Virus record (IMG/VR): IMGVR_UViG_3300033520_000026
Coordinates: 62,001 to 126,000 of that record
Origin: an uncultured virus (IMG/VR IMGVR_UViG_3300033520_000026)
Taxonomy: Duplodnaviria > Heunggongvirae > Uroviricota > Caudoviricetes
Length of the DNA: 64,000 nucleotides
Reading direction: 5' to 3' (one strand)
This document shows, one piece after another, positions 37,612-46,898 of the stretch. Below the pieces are notes generated by a model. It was not told where the DNA came from, did no database searches, and saw only the letters and a list, made by a program, of their open reading frames with translations. The translations under genes were made by a program, and so were the position numbers. Each line of letters starts with the position of its first letter. Position 1 is the first letter of the stretch.

Positions 37612-37967
37612 AAGAGTTGATCATCAGCGGTGGAAGTGACGACCTGATCGAAATCGGTGGGTGCATCTCGGACGAATTCGCAGCCAACGTCGGATCGCAG
37701 GAGGAGCTTGGCGAGGTGATCGACATGTACGTTGGATGCAAGCAGGTGGCCTGCGTCCATTGCTTCTACGACGGCTGCTGGTTCTTCGGGTTCGTCGGGA
37801 CGGACGACACCGAGGACGGGGACCGCGTGACCATGCCGGAGGGCTGGAAGGTTGAGGTGCGGGCGTGTGGTGACAGAGAGGGTGGCATCGCTCCGTACTC
37901 CATGAGCGTTCACATCTTCATGCCAGACGACTGCGATGTCAGCGTGGTGCAGCGCCAGGCAGATTAG
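37608..37967 (+). CDS. Acidic hypothetical protein
   Basis: GSDDLIEI.G motif; ATGA overlap. Confidence 0.6.
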   Translation: MKELIISGGSDDLIEIGGCISDEFAANVGSQEELGEVIDMYVGCKQVACVHCFYDGCWFFGFVGTDDTEDGDRVTMPEGWKVEVRACGDREGGIAPYSMSVHIFMPDDCDVSVVQRQAD

Positions 37968-37968
37968 G

Positions 37969-38232
37969 ATGCCCGAGCACCATCGTATGGCTCGCCTGTC
38001 GGCAGTGAAGCGCAACGAGCGCGACCGACTGGTTCAGCAGATCTTGGATGCGTCGAAGGCGCTGTACGAATACAAGCTGCTTCGCAATTGCGATCTTGTT
38101 GTGGACCAAGACGACCTTGGACCAACGGAAGCGCGCACTGGAAACCCGACTGACAATATGTTCTATTCGAATAATCGGAGCTGCGACGTGCGCGTTAGTG
38201 TCACATTGGTGGTGCGCGCCATAGATCGCTGA
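37969..38232 (+). CDS. Hypothetical protein
   Basis: Tight packing. Confidence 0.45.
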   Translation: MPEHHRMARLSAVKRNERDRLVQQILDASKALYEYKLLRNCDLVVDQDDLGPTEARTGNPTDNMFYSNNRSCDVRVSVTLVVRAIDR

Positions 38233-38237
38233 ACACC

Positions 38238-38612
38238 ATGGACGAAGACAACATCATCACGTTGAGAGACATCAAGGACCAAATCCGGGCGCGAGAAGAG
38301 GAGCTGGAGAAACTTCATGGGGAACTAGATGCGCAGCATGTTGCAGGAAGAATCCAGGCTCGTGAGGAGGCGCTCGAACGGCTGTGCATAGCGCTCCAAT
38401 ATTTGCAAAACTCGATGGCCGAGGTGAAGGCCACGCGGGCTCGATTGGATATGGAGCGGGGGATTATGATGCGTGAGTTGCGGGAGTCCCGTGCGCGAGC
38501 TGAAGAGCTGGACGCAGAGCTGCGGAGCGTGCGGTTGGCCCACCGAGAAGTTGAACGACAGATGGAATCCGATGACGACGACACTGACCCAACGCCTTCG
38601 GGCGCTCGCTGA
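38238..38612 (+). CDS. Coiled-coil protein
   Basis: Heptad pattern. Confidence 0.55.
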   Translation: MDEDNIITLRDIKDQIRAREEELEKLHGELDAQHVAGRIQAREEALERLCIALQYLQNSMAEVKATRARLDMERGIMMRELRESRARAEELDAELRSVRLAHREVERQMESDDDDTDPTPSGAR

Positions 38613-39024
38613 ACACCCCTCCACCCCGCCCGAGGAGCGCGACAATGCCATGCGGCGATTGGCAGAGCTGGGGGCCAAGTCGCCACCACCGTCGCCGGCT
38701 GCACCAACAGTGCGCGAGAAGCTGGGACGTGTCCGGGCGAGGCCCGTGGTCCGAGTGCTTCCAGTGCGCTGGCCTTTCGGCTGGGAAGGTCCGCGACTTC
38801 CTGTGGAGCGCGAGATCGGAAGCGATGGGCGCGGCGGGATCGCCGTGGGCTGGAAGTGCCCGGCTTGCGGTGGACAAGTCGAACGACGTCTGTCGCGTGC
38901 GGATCTCACTCGCATGTCGCCACCTGGACGAAAGAGCAGTGTTGAGTCGCAGATCACTCACATGGTAGACGGGACGATGAACCAGCTCTGCATGACGTGC
39001 TGGGATCGTTGGGAAGCGCTCTGA
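38572..39024 (+). CDS. Hypothetical Zn-binding protein
   Basis: LRALAEHPSTPPEER; CPAC...CMTC. Confidence 0.55.
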   Translation: MTTTLTQRLRALAEHPSTPPEERDNAMRRLAELGAKSPPPSPAAPTVREKLGRVRARPVVRVLPVRWPFGWEGPRLPVEREIGSDGRGGIAVGWKCPACGGQVERRLSRADLTRMSPPGRKSSVESQITHMVDGTMNQLCMTCWDRWEAL

Positions 39025-39025
39025 C

Positions 39026-39041
39026 ACGAACCTGGGTTCGC
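39026..39041. repeat. Dispersed palindrome copy 11, ACGAACCTGGGTTCGC
   Basis: Right after TGA, upstream of promoter. Confidence 0.95.
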
Positions 39042-39055
39042 GTGTCGATTCACGG

Positions 39056-39122
39056 TTGACAAACGCGACAGGCTGGTTAAATTCATAGGCGAGGGCGAGA
39101 TGCCTGGCAACGGATGCCGGGT
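39056..39122 (+). promoter_or_regulatory. Sigma70-type promoter plus 5' GAU hairpin
   Basis: TTGACA-16-TAAATT; GAT GCCTGGC AACGGAT GCCGGGT. Confidence 0.75.
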
Positions 39123-39137
39123 GCCCAAGGAGGAACC

Positions 39138-39554
39138 ATGTTCATGCACGCCTGCAAGCCGAACTCGAAGCGCGATGCCAGCAAGGACCGCAACGGCAAC
39201 TCCAACATCGTCGCTCTCTTCCGCCGCACGCGGAAGGGCCAGAAGCAGGTCGCCAGCGGCCATGAGCTTGGCGTCGAGGGCGTGAACGGATCGGACTACT
39301 ACGAGTTCCGCCTCGGCTCGGACGGCGTGCTCTACTGCTCGTGCCAGGACTACAAGTTCCGTGGCCACCGCTGGAACAGAGAGCACGCGAGCCACTACGC
39401 GTGCAAGCACATCGTCGTGGCGCTCGAACACTTCGGGGCGATGGCCCAGCGCGGCATCTCGATGGACTCGGAGATGATCGTGTACAAGCCGGAAGTGCTT
39501 GTCGCCGAGGCCGCTCGACTTGCCGCCGCCGTTTCCGCCGCGAGGACCGCATGA
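39138..39554 (+). CDS. SWIM zinc-finger protein
   Basis: YCSCQD...ACKH. Confidence 0.75.
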   Translation: MFMHACKPNSKRDASKDRNGNSNIVALFRRTRKGQKQVASGHELGVEGVNGSDYYEFRLGSDGVLYCSCQDYKFRGHRWNREHASHYACKHIVVALEHFGAMAQRGISMDSEMIVYKPEVLVAEAARLAAAVSAARTA

Positions 39555-39702
39555 AAAAACGTGGAGAAGCGGAGCGGGCCGCCAAACCCGCGCCCGTGAC
39601 ACGGCTGCCACGTCGCACGAGCCCTCGCCAACTGGCATCGCAGGCAGCTCGCCAGGCGGCTGCCTTGGAGGCTGCCAGGGCGCTGCTTGAGGAGGTCAAT
39701 AG

Positions 39703-40125
39703 ATGACCGGGCCAGAGCGCTGCCCCATTTGCGGGGATGCCCTTGAGGCTGGTCGGACCGTGGGGATCGGTGGCTGGAAGGTCTGTACCCATCATTGGGT
39801 ACGGATCATGCCCAGCAAGTACGCCTCGCGCTGCCACGAGTGCCTCGGTCCAATCCTGCCCGGCGAGGAGATCGTGTTGTCGAAGGACAATAAGGACTCG
39901 CGGTGGGTGGTGTTCCACCGGAAGGACCGCTGCGATGGTGCTATGCAGGTGGCTCCGAACGCGCCGAGTGGACCGTGGGCTGTCCTGTACCTCGTGCCAG
40001 GGGCTCCGCCCGAGGTCATCAAGGCTGTGTACCGGGCGCTCTCCCAGAAGTACCACCCTGATCGCGGAGGGGACGTGGTGAAGATGCAGGAACTCAATGC
40101 GGCCATGGCCGCGCTGATCAAGTAG
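39703..40125 (+). CDS. Zn-finger + C-terminal J-domain (DnaJ-like) protein
   Basis: IKAVYRALSQKYHPDRGG...MQELNAA. Confidence 0.8.
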   Translation: MTGPERCPICGDALEAGRTVGIGGWKVCTHHWVRIMPSKYASRCHECLGPILPGEEIVLSKDNKDSRWVVFHRKDRCDGAMQVAPNAPSGPWAVLYLVPGAPPEVIKAVYRALSQKYHPDRGGDVVKMQELNAAMAALIK

Positions 40126-40134
40126 GAGGCGAGG

Positions 40135-40380
40135 ATGAAGTGGACAACAGCGATGCCAAAAGAGGAGGGATGGTACTACTTGCGAAGCACGGAAAGCAAG
40201 GCTGTACCTGCCTTTCCGGCGCTGTGCAAGCGTGAAAAAGATGGGAGTTTTGCGTTGTATGTGGCTGGGGCGAAGGAGCCTTTCCGAACGGTCTTCTGTC
40301 TGCCCTATACGACGATGATCCCTGCCTTCCTTGTAGGAGAACGGATGGAAGACCATTTGAAAAGCGTCGTGGAGGTGTGA
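40135..40380 (+). CDS. Hypothetical protein
   Basis: AGGAGG SD; WT..MP.EEGWYY. Confidence 0.55.
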   Translation: MKWTTAMPKEEGWYYLRSTESKAVPAFPALCKREKDGSFALYVAGAKEPFRTVFCLPYTTMIPAFLVGERMEDHLKSVVEV

Positions 40381-40382
40381 CA

Positions 40383-40520
40383 ATGGCGACGATGGAACAT
40401 TTTTGCTCGAAGTGCGGCTGGTCAACTTGCAACAACAGCAGCGGGCCGTTCGTGTGCCCCAAGTGCGGGGAGGAGCTGGGTCACGCCAGCGATTATGATT
40501 ATGAAGATGACGACGAATGA
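40383..40520 (+). CDS. 45-aa Zn-ribbon protein (not in ORF track)
   Basis: CSKC...CPKC, acidic tail; GGAGG SD. Confidence 0.5.
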   Translation: MATMEHFCSKCGWSTCNNSSGPFVCPKCGEELGHASDYDYEDDDE

Positions 40521-40929
40521 CGACAGCATACTGCCGTGGCCTCGGTATCAGGTCGCGCTGGCTCGCCTGCGACGTCTGATCGCGGAGGGGCTGACGCTGG
40601 TCTTCGAGGACAGCACGACCATTGGAGACAAGTACACGCACTGCTCGTGGGGGCTCTGCTCGCGGGACGTCGAGGCGTGGCCAGATGCCGAGGATCACAT
40701 GTGGCCGGAGCAGTTCCGTGACAAAGGTCGCGTGGCGCCGAAGTACATTGCGCAACGACAGCGCTGCCCATGGGATCAGCGAGCCATGGATAGCGTCGAG
40801 GGAATTAATGGGATGCAGATCGGTTGCTTCTATTCTTGCCGCATCTTCCAGCGGAAACCTGCTCCCACCATGGACGAGGCGTTGCACCGTTACGATCAGG
40901 CGATAGCGGAGGTTGGAAGGATGGATTGA
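40495..40929 (+). CDS. Cys-rich hypothetical protein
   Basis: CSWGLC...CP.D...GCFY.C. Confidence 0.55.
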   Translation: MIMKMTTNDDSILPWPRYQVALARLRRLIAEGLTLVFEDSTTIGDKYTHCSWGLCSRDVEAWPDAEDHMWPEQFRDKGRVAPKYIAQRQRCPWDQRAMDSVEGINGMQIGCFYSCRIFQRKPAPTMDEALHRYDQAIAEVGRMD

Positions 40930-40931
40930 AC

Positions 40932-41144
40932 ATGAAACAACGGGACAGGTACGAGATCTCCCATAGGGTGCAGCGGTGCGGCGATGGCGTGTTCCGCGAC
41001 TTGGATCTGGACGACTGGAGCACGATGCCACTGTGTCGGCTGCGCGTGTGCGAGCAATGTGGGACTGAGTTTCGGGCGCGCACTCGCAATGGTCAGCGTT
41101 GCCCCCTGTGTGAGGATGTTGCGTCCATTTCCAGAGCGGGATAG
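40932..41144 (+). CDS. Small Zn-finger protein
   Basis: CEQC...CPLC. Confidence 0.45.
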   Translation: MKQRDRYEISHRVQRCGDGVFRDLDLDDWSTMPLCRLRVCEQCGTEFRARTRNGQRCPLCEDVASISRAG

Positions 41145-41153
41145 CATTAGGAT

Positions 41154-41522
41154 ATGCCGAAGAAGCTTCCACCCAACCCAGACGAACTTCCAGCCCTGCA
41201 ACATGTGAAAAGCTCGAACGTCTTTGCTATTGGGTACAGCATTCGTGATCGCAAGCTGTTCGTGCAATTCCGTGCGGCCGGATCGGAGCGACCAGTACCA
41301 GGCGCAATCTACCGTTACGATGACGTCCCGATCACGGTGTGGAGGCGGTTCAAGGAGGCTAAGAGCAAGGGACACTTCCTGGCCGCGCACATCAAGGGCA
41401 CCTATTGGTACATGCGCTGGACGGGACGCACCTGGCGTCCAGAGACCGCCTTGCGGTTCGACTCGAAGAAGAAAAAGAGGCTGAAGCAATTAGCGAAAAA
41501 GCTGCGTGACATGACACGTTGA
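41154..41522 (+). CDS. KTSC domain protein
   Basis: VKSSNVFAIGY...LFVQF...YRYDDVP...SKG.F...IKG.Y. Confidence 0.8.
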   Translation: MPKKLPPNPDELPALQHVKSSNVFAIGYSIRDRKLFVQFRAAGSERPVPGAIYRYDDVPITVWRRFKEAKSKGHFLAAHIKGTYWYMRWTGRTWRPETALRFDSKKKKRLKQLAKKLRDMTR

Positions 41523-41562
41523 CAAACGACAATCAATATGTAGGATGCGAACCTGGGTTCGC
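41519..41562 (+). promoter_or_regulatory. Promoter TTGACA-16-TAGGAT with palindrome copy 12 (41547-41562) over the predicted start site
   Basis: GCGAACCTGGGTTCGC abuts the -10 box. Confidence 0.8.
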
Positions 41563-41573
41563 GTGGAGACATC

Positions 41574-41792
41574 ATGGACATCTGGATCGTGACATCGGCG
41601 GCGACGGAGGAAGACAAGTACGGTAAGATCTTGTCGGTGCAGGCTCGGTGTTTCGGGGTGTTCACGACGCTGGAAGAGGCGGACGGGGTGGCGGCTCGGC
41701 ACCATGGGCACGTTACACCAATGGTCACAGACCAGGACGAGATGGTGCGCCTGGAGCGCTGGGTAAATCCTGGTTTTGCTACGCAAGGCTAA
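41574..41792 (+). CDS. Hypothetical protein
   Basis: GGAG SD. Confidence 0.55.
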   Translation: MDIWIVTSAATEEDKYGKILSVQARCFGVFTTLEEADGVAARHHGHVTPMVTDQDEMVRLERWVNPGFATQG

Positions 41793-41806
41793 AGGCGGTG
41801 CGACCC

Positions 41807-42004
41807 ATGGGACTCCTGGAAGCCTTTGGATTGGCGGAGGAAGTCGGGTCGCGGGCGTTGACGTTTGACGAGCTTTTGTTTATGGCGGACGCACGCAAGC
41901 GCAAGGGCTGCAAGACGGTCCAGCGCCAGTTGAAGGCAGAAGAGATCCAGCGCGTGCTGGAGTTGGGCCGCAAGTGCGCGGCGTATAAGGAGATGACTCG
42001 ATGA
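41807..42004 (+). CDS. Hypothetical protein
   Basis: Overlaps groES start. Confidence 0.45.
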   Translation: MGLLEAFGLAEEVGSRALTFDELLFMADARKRKGCKTVQRQLKAEEIQRVLELGRKCAAYKEMTR

Positions 42005-42279
42005 AACCAGTTGCTATGCTCGGTTCCTACATCCTGACCCAGAGGGACAAGCCCGAGGAGAAGCGCAGTCCAGGCGGGATCGTAATGCCTGCGCAGGCGT
42101 CGGCCAATCCGACTTGGGCGAACGTCTTGGCGGTGGGTGACGCGGTAGGAACCAAGGTCATGGTCGGAGACCGTATCCTCGTGAGCAAGTTTGCGGGTGC
42201 TGATGTCATGGTTGGTGAGGAGCAGTGCTTCGTCGTGCGCCTGGACGATGTGTACGGAGTCCAACGCCAGGCTGATTGA
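42001..42279 (+). CDS. groES: Co-chaperonin GroES (Cpn10)
   Basis: EKRSPGGIVMP...VLAVG...VGDRILVSKFAG...DDVYGV. Confidence 0.85.
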   Translation: MKPVAMLGSYILTQRDKPEEKRSPGGIVMPAQASANPTWANVLAVGDAVGTKVMVGDRILVSKFAGADVMVGEEQCFVVRLDDVYGVQRQAD

Positions 42280-42333
42280 CAAATTTACTGTAGGCATTAA
42301 ATTTGCCAGTGATGCCGGACGAGGATGTTCGGC
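42276..42333 (+). promoter_or_regulatory. Sigma70-type promoter plus 5' GAU hairpin
   Basis: TTGACA-16-TAAATT; GAT GCCGGAC GAGGAT GTTCGGC. Confidence 0.75.
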
Positions 42334-42345
42334 GGGAGTGAGAAA

Positions 42346-42645
42346 ATGATCGACTACATGCACATCATCAATGGTTTCAAGGCGTCGCTCGCGTTGGAGT
42401 TTGAGCGGTTTGAGGATCAACAGCACCTCGATGGCTCTGACTTGGATCGCATGGCGGTCGTGAGCGCACAGATTTCGATCCTCAACAGCGTCCACTCGGC
42501 GATGCTCCATGCGGAGAACGTCGAGTTGGATCGTCAGTACCTCGCGCATCGGTCAGGGATCGCAGTTGCCGAAGCAATTCGTGGATTTGACGGCGAGGAT
42601 GAGTCTGTCACTCAACCAATGGAAAGAGGTGGCGATCATGCGTAG
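42346..42645 (+). CDS. Hypothetical protein
   Basis: GGAG SD. Confidence 0.55.
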   Translation: MIDYMHIINGFKASLALEFERFEDQQHLDGSDLDRMAVVSAQISILNSVHSAMLHAENVELDRQYLAHRSGIAVAEAIRGFDGEDESVTQPMERGGDHA

Positions 42646-43315
42646 GATTTTTTGGGCACTGGTGTTGATGGCTGGGTGCTCTGATCCGACAAGGGCATTC
42701 TCGGACGATCCCGACGAGTCGGCGACTGTGACCGTTTCGGAAAAGGAGACTGAAGCGACCCAGGATGAGACGGACGAGACTGTTTCTGAGACGGCGGGGT
42801 CTGCTTCTGAGACGGGCTCTGGCTCGGGTAGCGCCACCGTCGATACGGGGTCGGCGACGGCGGAGACGGGGAGTGGAACAGTGGATTCGGATACGGTTCC
42901 TGACTGCTGGCTTTCGTGCATGTCGTTGAAGAGCGAGTGCCAGCTTGGGTCGGTGGTCATTGGTCGCTGCCCAAATGCGGCATGGTGTTGCGAGCCCAAG
43001 GCTGTGGACACTGGGACAGTGTCAACGGACACGTTGCCTTCATGCTCTGGAACATGTTCCAACTGGAGCGGATGCGCGGGAGATTGGCACAAAATCCATG
43101 GTTCCTGTCCTAACGGGAAGGCTTGCTGCGAAGAGGATTCCGATACGGGCAGCGCGACGGTGGACACGGATACGAATCCTGAGCCATGCCCGCAGGGAGA
43201 TCCAAAGTACATTTGTGAGCGGCGTGGCCTATGTACTACCTCGTATGGATACGAGGACACAGACTACTATTGTACAGATCCTGTTAATTGGGCATGTTGT
43301 CGTAAACTCTACTGA
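42638..43315 (+). CDS. Lipoprotein with S/T/D-rich linkers and three Cys-rich repeats
   Basis: Lipobox-like LMAG-C; repeats ending in CC. Confidence 0.7.
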   Translation: MRRIFWALVLMAGCSDPTRAFSDDPDESATVTVSEKETEATQDETDETVSETAGSASETGSGSGSATVDTGSATAETGSGTVDSDTVPDCWLSCMSLKSECQLGSVVIGRCPNAAWCCEPKAVDTGTVSTDTLPSCSGTCSNWSGCAGDWHKIHGSCPNGKACCEEDSDTGSATVDTDTNPEPCPQGDPKYICERRGLCTTSYGYEDTDYYCTDPVNWACCRKLY

Positions 43316-43467
43316 TTCCGAATGCGATATTCGGGAGGTTGCCATGTTGAAGACGCAAGAAGACGAACGATTGGAGAGAGAATCAGCGATTGCATATCGC
43401 CTATCCTGGGCTGCATCCTTTGGGATGATTTTGATAGCAATATTTGCAAGGTGTTGCGAGGCATAGC

Positions 43468-43809
43468 ATGGGAAAAAAATTGACCAAGGACGAGTACCTC
43501 CAGAAGCGGGTATTCCCGCTGTTGGAGCGGGCGCACCGGCTCTGCGTTGAGCGTGAGATCGCGCTGTTCTTTACGGCGCGATGCAGCTCGGAAGGTGGGG
43601 TTGTAGGCATCGTGGCGTCGAACGAGGAAGGGGAAACGATTCCATTTGCGCGGGAGATGATTGCGTTGCGCCAGCATCACGAGGTGGCATCCAGCGGCAT
43701 CATGGATGCCATCCATGACGTGATCTTCAAGAAGATAAAAGAGGATCGTGAGGATTGCACGGGGGACTGCGCTGCGTGCGTAGCAGGGAAATCGGAGGTT
43801 GAGGCATGA
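43468..43809 (+). CDS. Hypothetical protein
   Basis: ORF packing. Confidence 0.55.
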   Translation: MGKKLTKDEYLQKRVFPLLERAHRLCVEREIALFFTARCSSEGGVVGIVASNEEGETIPFAREMIALRQHHEVASSGIMDAIHDVIFKKIKEDREDCTGDCAACVAGKSEVEA

Positions 43810-44240
43810 GCCGTGAGTACCGGATCTGGGTGCGGGCCGAGGTGGTGAACCGTGAGGATGCCCTGGACATCGAGGAGGCAGTTGGGGAGATTTGGCCGAT
43901 GCAGGATGACCATGGCGACGATGGGATGCCTCAGAGGGGTACAGTGTATCGGGTGAGCTTATGCGGGGACGGGGCTCTGACTGGAGGTTTGACGCTTGAT
44001 ATGCTAGCCAGGCAGATCCAGAGGAAGATCTGGACGCGCGTTCAGAAGTACGTCGATGTGTCTGTGTCTGGTGTGTGCTTGGAGCCTGACGAGTATGTTG
44101 AGAGTTGTGTGTTGGATTTCGAGAGAGACCGGGATGCCAAGCTGTTGGACATGGAATGCTGTGATTGTGGAGATTGCGTCCCGTTTGGGTCTGAGGGAAT
44201 ACGGTGTGCGATATGCGAACGAGGAGGAATAGATGGATGA
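43806..44240 (+). CDS. Hypothetical protein with C-terminal Cys cluster
   Basis: ATGA overlap. Confidence 0.55.
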   Translation: MSREYRIWVRAEVVNREDALDIEEAVGEIWPMQDDHGDDGMPQRGTVYRVSLCGDGALTGGLTLDMLARQIQRKIWTRVQKYVDVSVSGVCLEPDEYVESCVLDFERDRDAKLLDMECCDCGDCVPFGSEGIRCAICERGGIDG

Positions 44241-44538
44241 TCATGCGGCATATGGGAAGTGTTCAGGGTGTAGGAAATGGGTGCTGCGGGATGAGGTTCT
44301 GAGCATCCATACAGATATTTACGATGCGAGCAATCGAAGGCGGGTGATTCGGCAGCGGTACTGCCTGCCATGTTTCGAGTTGGAGGTGAAGCGGTTGGAA
44401 GGAAGAGAGTGGGACCACATGGTCGTTGGAGGGCATATCTTGGCTCCTATGCCAGATGGATCTATGCCTTCGGATGAAGAGATACGGGAGCGCATGCGTG
44501 CCGGTGGAGCGGTTGACAAACGATCTGGTAACGAATAG
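44233..44538 (+). CDS. Zn-binding hypothetical protein
   Basis: CSGC...CLPC. Confidence 0.55.
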   Translation: MDDHAAYGKCSGCRKWVLRDEVLSIHTDIYDASNRRRVIRQRYCLPCFELEVKRLEGREWDHMVVGGHILAPMPDGSMPSDEEIRERMRAGGAVDKRSGNE

Positions 44539-44574
44539 GGTGCGGTGTTCAAGATCGTTCGCAAGATGCGAGCG
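44513..44574 (+). promoter_or_regulatory. Sigma70-type promoter plus 5' GAU hairpin
   Basis: TTGACA-17-TAGGGT; GAT CGTTCGC AAGAT GCGAGCG. Confidence 0.7.
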
Positions 44575-44587
44575 CAAGGAGGGAGCG

Positions 44588-44974
44588 ATGCGACAGCCCA
44601 AGGTGACTGGTTACGACGGAAGGCACGACAAGTTTATACCCGACGACCATGGCGGCGGCACGGTAGAGTGGCAGCCCGGGGACGGCACGCGTTACCTGAT
44701 TGTGGCCAAGGTGCTGGACGAGGCTGAAGCGCGGATACACGGGGCGATTCCTGGGTCTAGGATCGTGTCTGTGGGTCCGGGCGGGGCCTGGTGGCTGACG
44801 ATGATCGTGATCCCTTGGGCGTGCCATCATATAAGCTATGTGGCGGAGTATGCCCGTGATCGGAAGATGAGTGACTACACGCTGTTGGCATGTACGGCGT
44901 TGATGAACCTTGCATTGGGTGACGAGGCGTATGGTATCGAATTGTTTGAGGAGATGATAAAGGGGAGGGGATAG
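44588..44974 (+). CDS. Hypothetical protein, paralog of 51957..52391
   Basis: VEWQPGDGTRY versus VVWEPGTGARY. Confidence 0.55.
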   Translation: MRQPKVTGYDGRHDKFIPDDHGGGTVEWQPGDGTRYLIVAKVLDEAEARIHGAIPGSRIVSVGPGGAWWLTMIVIPWACHHISYVAEYARDRKMSDYTLLACTALMNLALGDEAYGIELFEEMIKGRG

Positions 44975-44983
44975 TGGAGGTGT

Positions 44984-45373
44984 GTGCGAATGAGTGCAAG
45001 TCTGCGTGAGATCCAGGCGTGTCCAGCAACTCGGCGCAGGGCGAGGTTCAAGGTGCAGTCCACGTCGAGTGCTGGAACGGAATACACGGTTGAGGTGTCG
45101 CTGACGGCTGGGCAGGTGACGTGTGATTGTCCTGGGTTTCGATTTCGGGGGACGTGCCATCACACGGAGTTCACCGAGGACAAGTGCGGCTGGGTGGAGG
45201 GTGGTGAAGGGGATGAGGTTCAGACCAGGGAACAATGTGCTGGGTGTATTTGTCCACGGTGTGGGAGTTCAACAATCCTCATTGCTGGGGCTTCCTGCAT
45301 AGAAGACGATAGCGAGGCCGCGTTGCGGTCGCGTGGAGTGTGGGTGCCCCCCCCACCTCGGTCTAATCGCTGA
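44984..45373 (+). CDS. SWIM zinc-finger protein
   Basis: EYTV...TCDCPGFRFRGTCHH; CPRC. Confidence 0.7.
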   Translation: MRMSASLREIQACPATRRRARFKVQSTSSAGTEYTVEVSLTAGQVTCDCPGFRFRGTCHHTEFTEDKCGWVEGGEGDEVQTREQCAGCICPRCGSSTILIAGASCIEDDSEAALRSRGVWVPPPPRSNR

Positions 45374-45403
45374 TGTGATATAGTCCGGTTGAAGGAGGAA
45401 AAA

Positions 45404-46213
45404 ATGCTGAAGACGATGTGTGTTTTGTTGATTGTGTCATTGGTGCCGATGTCGGTGTGGCCTACGAATGCGGTAACGAATGTTGTGGTTGACGTGTCGG
45501 TCCAGGAGCAGGCGCTAGTGGAGTCGCAAGCAGATGTGGATGAGGCTGGGGATTTGGCCAAAATGGCTGAGGAGGACGGTCTCATTGATGACGTGTCGAG
45601 GGGTATTGTTCGTGTGATCGAGGCGGAGAAATGCGCGTGGTACGAGTGCGGCACCATGACGCCTCCAGAGGAGTACATGGAGCGCGCCAGACGCATCGCT
45701 CAGGCGACTAGGACGGCCCTGTTAGAGAACGGGCTGAGCCATGCCTACTATCTTTGGGGAGCTGTTGGGATTATCATGCAGGAGTCGCGTGGGAACCCGT
45801 GCCCATTCGGACCGTATTCGCGTCAGTGGGCAATTGATAAGAAGCTGGTGAAGAGCAAGCACATGGTCTATTGGAACACGGACGATGCCTTGCGTGTGAT
45901 GCATTCCATGTTGTCGGGGAAGACCAAGCGGCGCGGGGTGGACTCTGGTGTCGGGCAGACGATTTGGCCGCGAAATTCAAAGATCCGAGAGGAAACAGGC
46001 CAGGTGCGCACAGCGACGCCGGAGGAGATGGTGACGGTGGAGGGCGGTGCGCGGGCGTTAGCGTATCACATGCAGCAGAATGCTCAGTTGAGTCCGACTC
46101 GTCCGTGGGCGTACTGGCCTGGGGCGAAGGACGAATTGTATGGAGCGAAGATCGAGTGGTGGGTGCAGCGGATGCGTGGACCAAAGCTTGGATCGAAGGC
46201 GCATTGGCAATGA
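45404..46213 (+). CDS. Secreted lysozyme-like / lytic transglycosylase
   Basis: N-terminal signal; IIMQESRGNP and DSGVGQ motifs. Confidence 0.6.
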   Translation: MLKTMCVLLIVSLVPMSVWPTNAVTNVVVDVSVQEQALVESQADVDEAGDLAKMAEEDGLIDDVSRGIVRVIEAEKCAWYECGTMTPPEEYMERARRIAQATRTALLENGLSHAYYLWGAVGIIMQESRGNPCPFGPYSRQWAIDKKLVKSKHMVYWNTDDALRVMHSMLSGKTKRRGVDSGVGQTIWPRNSKIREETGQVRTATPEEMVTVEGGARALAYHMQQNAQLSPTRPWAYWPGAKDELYGAKIEWWVQRMRGPKLGSKAHWQ

Positions 46214-46725
46214 TGGATTTGAGGCGACAGATCGATTTCGATGTGGGTGTCATGGGGATGTACGGGTTTACGTGCAAATTCGGGATTGCAGGGCAGGACA
46301 TCTACATGAAGGTGGCCTTGCACCAATCGGAACGTCGCCCGGAGCCCATGCTTTCCTACGTCGATGTGACCTTGTCGTCTCCGAAGGCGAAGGATGAAAT
46401 TTTGGTTTCGCATCGCCAGACGCGAATCGAGACGTCGAAGACGGATGATGCGCGTGCGATGATCGAGCTGCTATGCCGCCAGGCGAATGTGCTGTTGCAG
46501 AGCGGGACGTGGGATTGGGACGACCTGTGTGACTCATGGAGCTGGACTCGGTTTGATCCATGCGGTCCGTGCGAATTTCCAGATACATGTTCCATTGGGG
46601 GTACTATCGTGTCGTCTCCGCTGGACGCGGTAGCGCGTGTTTTGCGAGATCGGTTTCCTGTTTGGGGATCGAGAATGATGCGTGTCGATATTGCGACCAA
46701 CTCACCAGTCTTGGAAGACAGATGA
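46210..46725 (+). CDS. Stand-alone TSCPD-like domain (class II RNR C-terminal-like)
   Basis: GFTCKFGIAG...Y...LLQSG...TRFDPCG...SSPLD. Confidence 0.6.
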   Translation: MMDLRRQIDFDVGVMGMYGFTCKFGIAGQDIYMKVALHQSERRPEPMLSYVDVTLSSPKAKDEILVSHRQTRIETSKTDDARAMIELLCRQANVLLQSGTWDWDDLCDSWSWTRFDPCGPCEFPDTCSIGGTIVSSPLDAVARVLRDRFPVWGSRMMRVDIATNSPVLEDR

Positions 46726-46898
46726 TTGCGGTAGCGACAGGGGTCATTGGGGTGTTTGTTGGGTGTTTTGTTGGCATGTGGGTGCGCAGGGTGGATGTGC
46801 GGCAGTGGAAAGTCCGGGCGGTTGAGATGGCGAAAATCAACAACGCTCTAATGGATCGTGTTGAATTGCTGGAAATAGAGATGCAAAAGGAGTCGTAG

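Noticed and set aside
39142..41172. 676-aa minus-strand ORF and other long antisense ORFs (e.g. 60924..62240, 8936..9922)
   Set aside because: Shadow frames of recognisable + strand genes in GC-rich DNA; Arg/Pro/Ser-rich with no motifs
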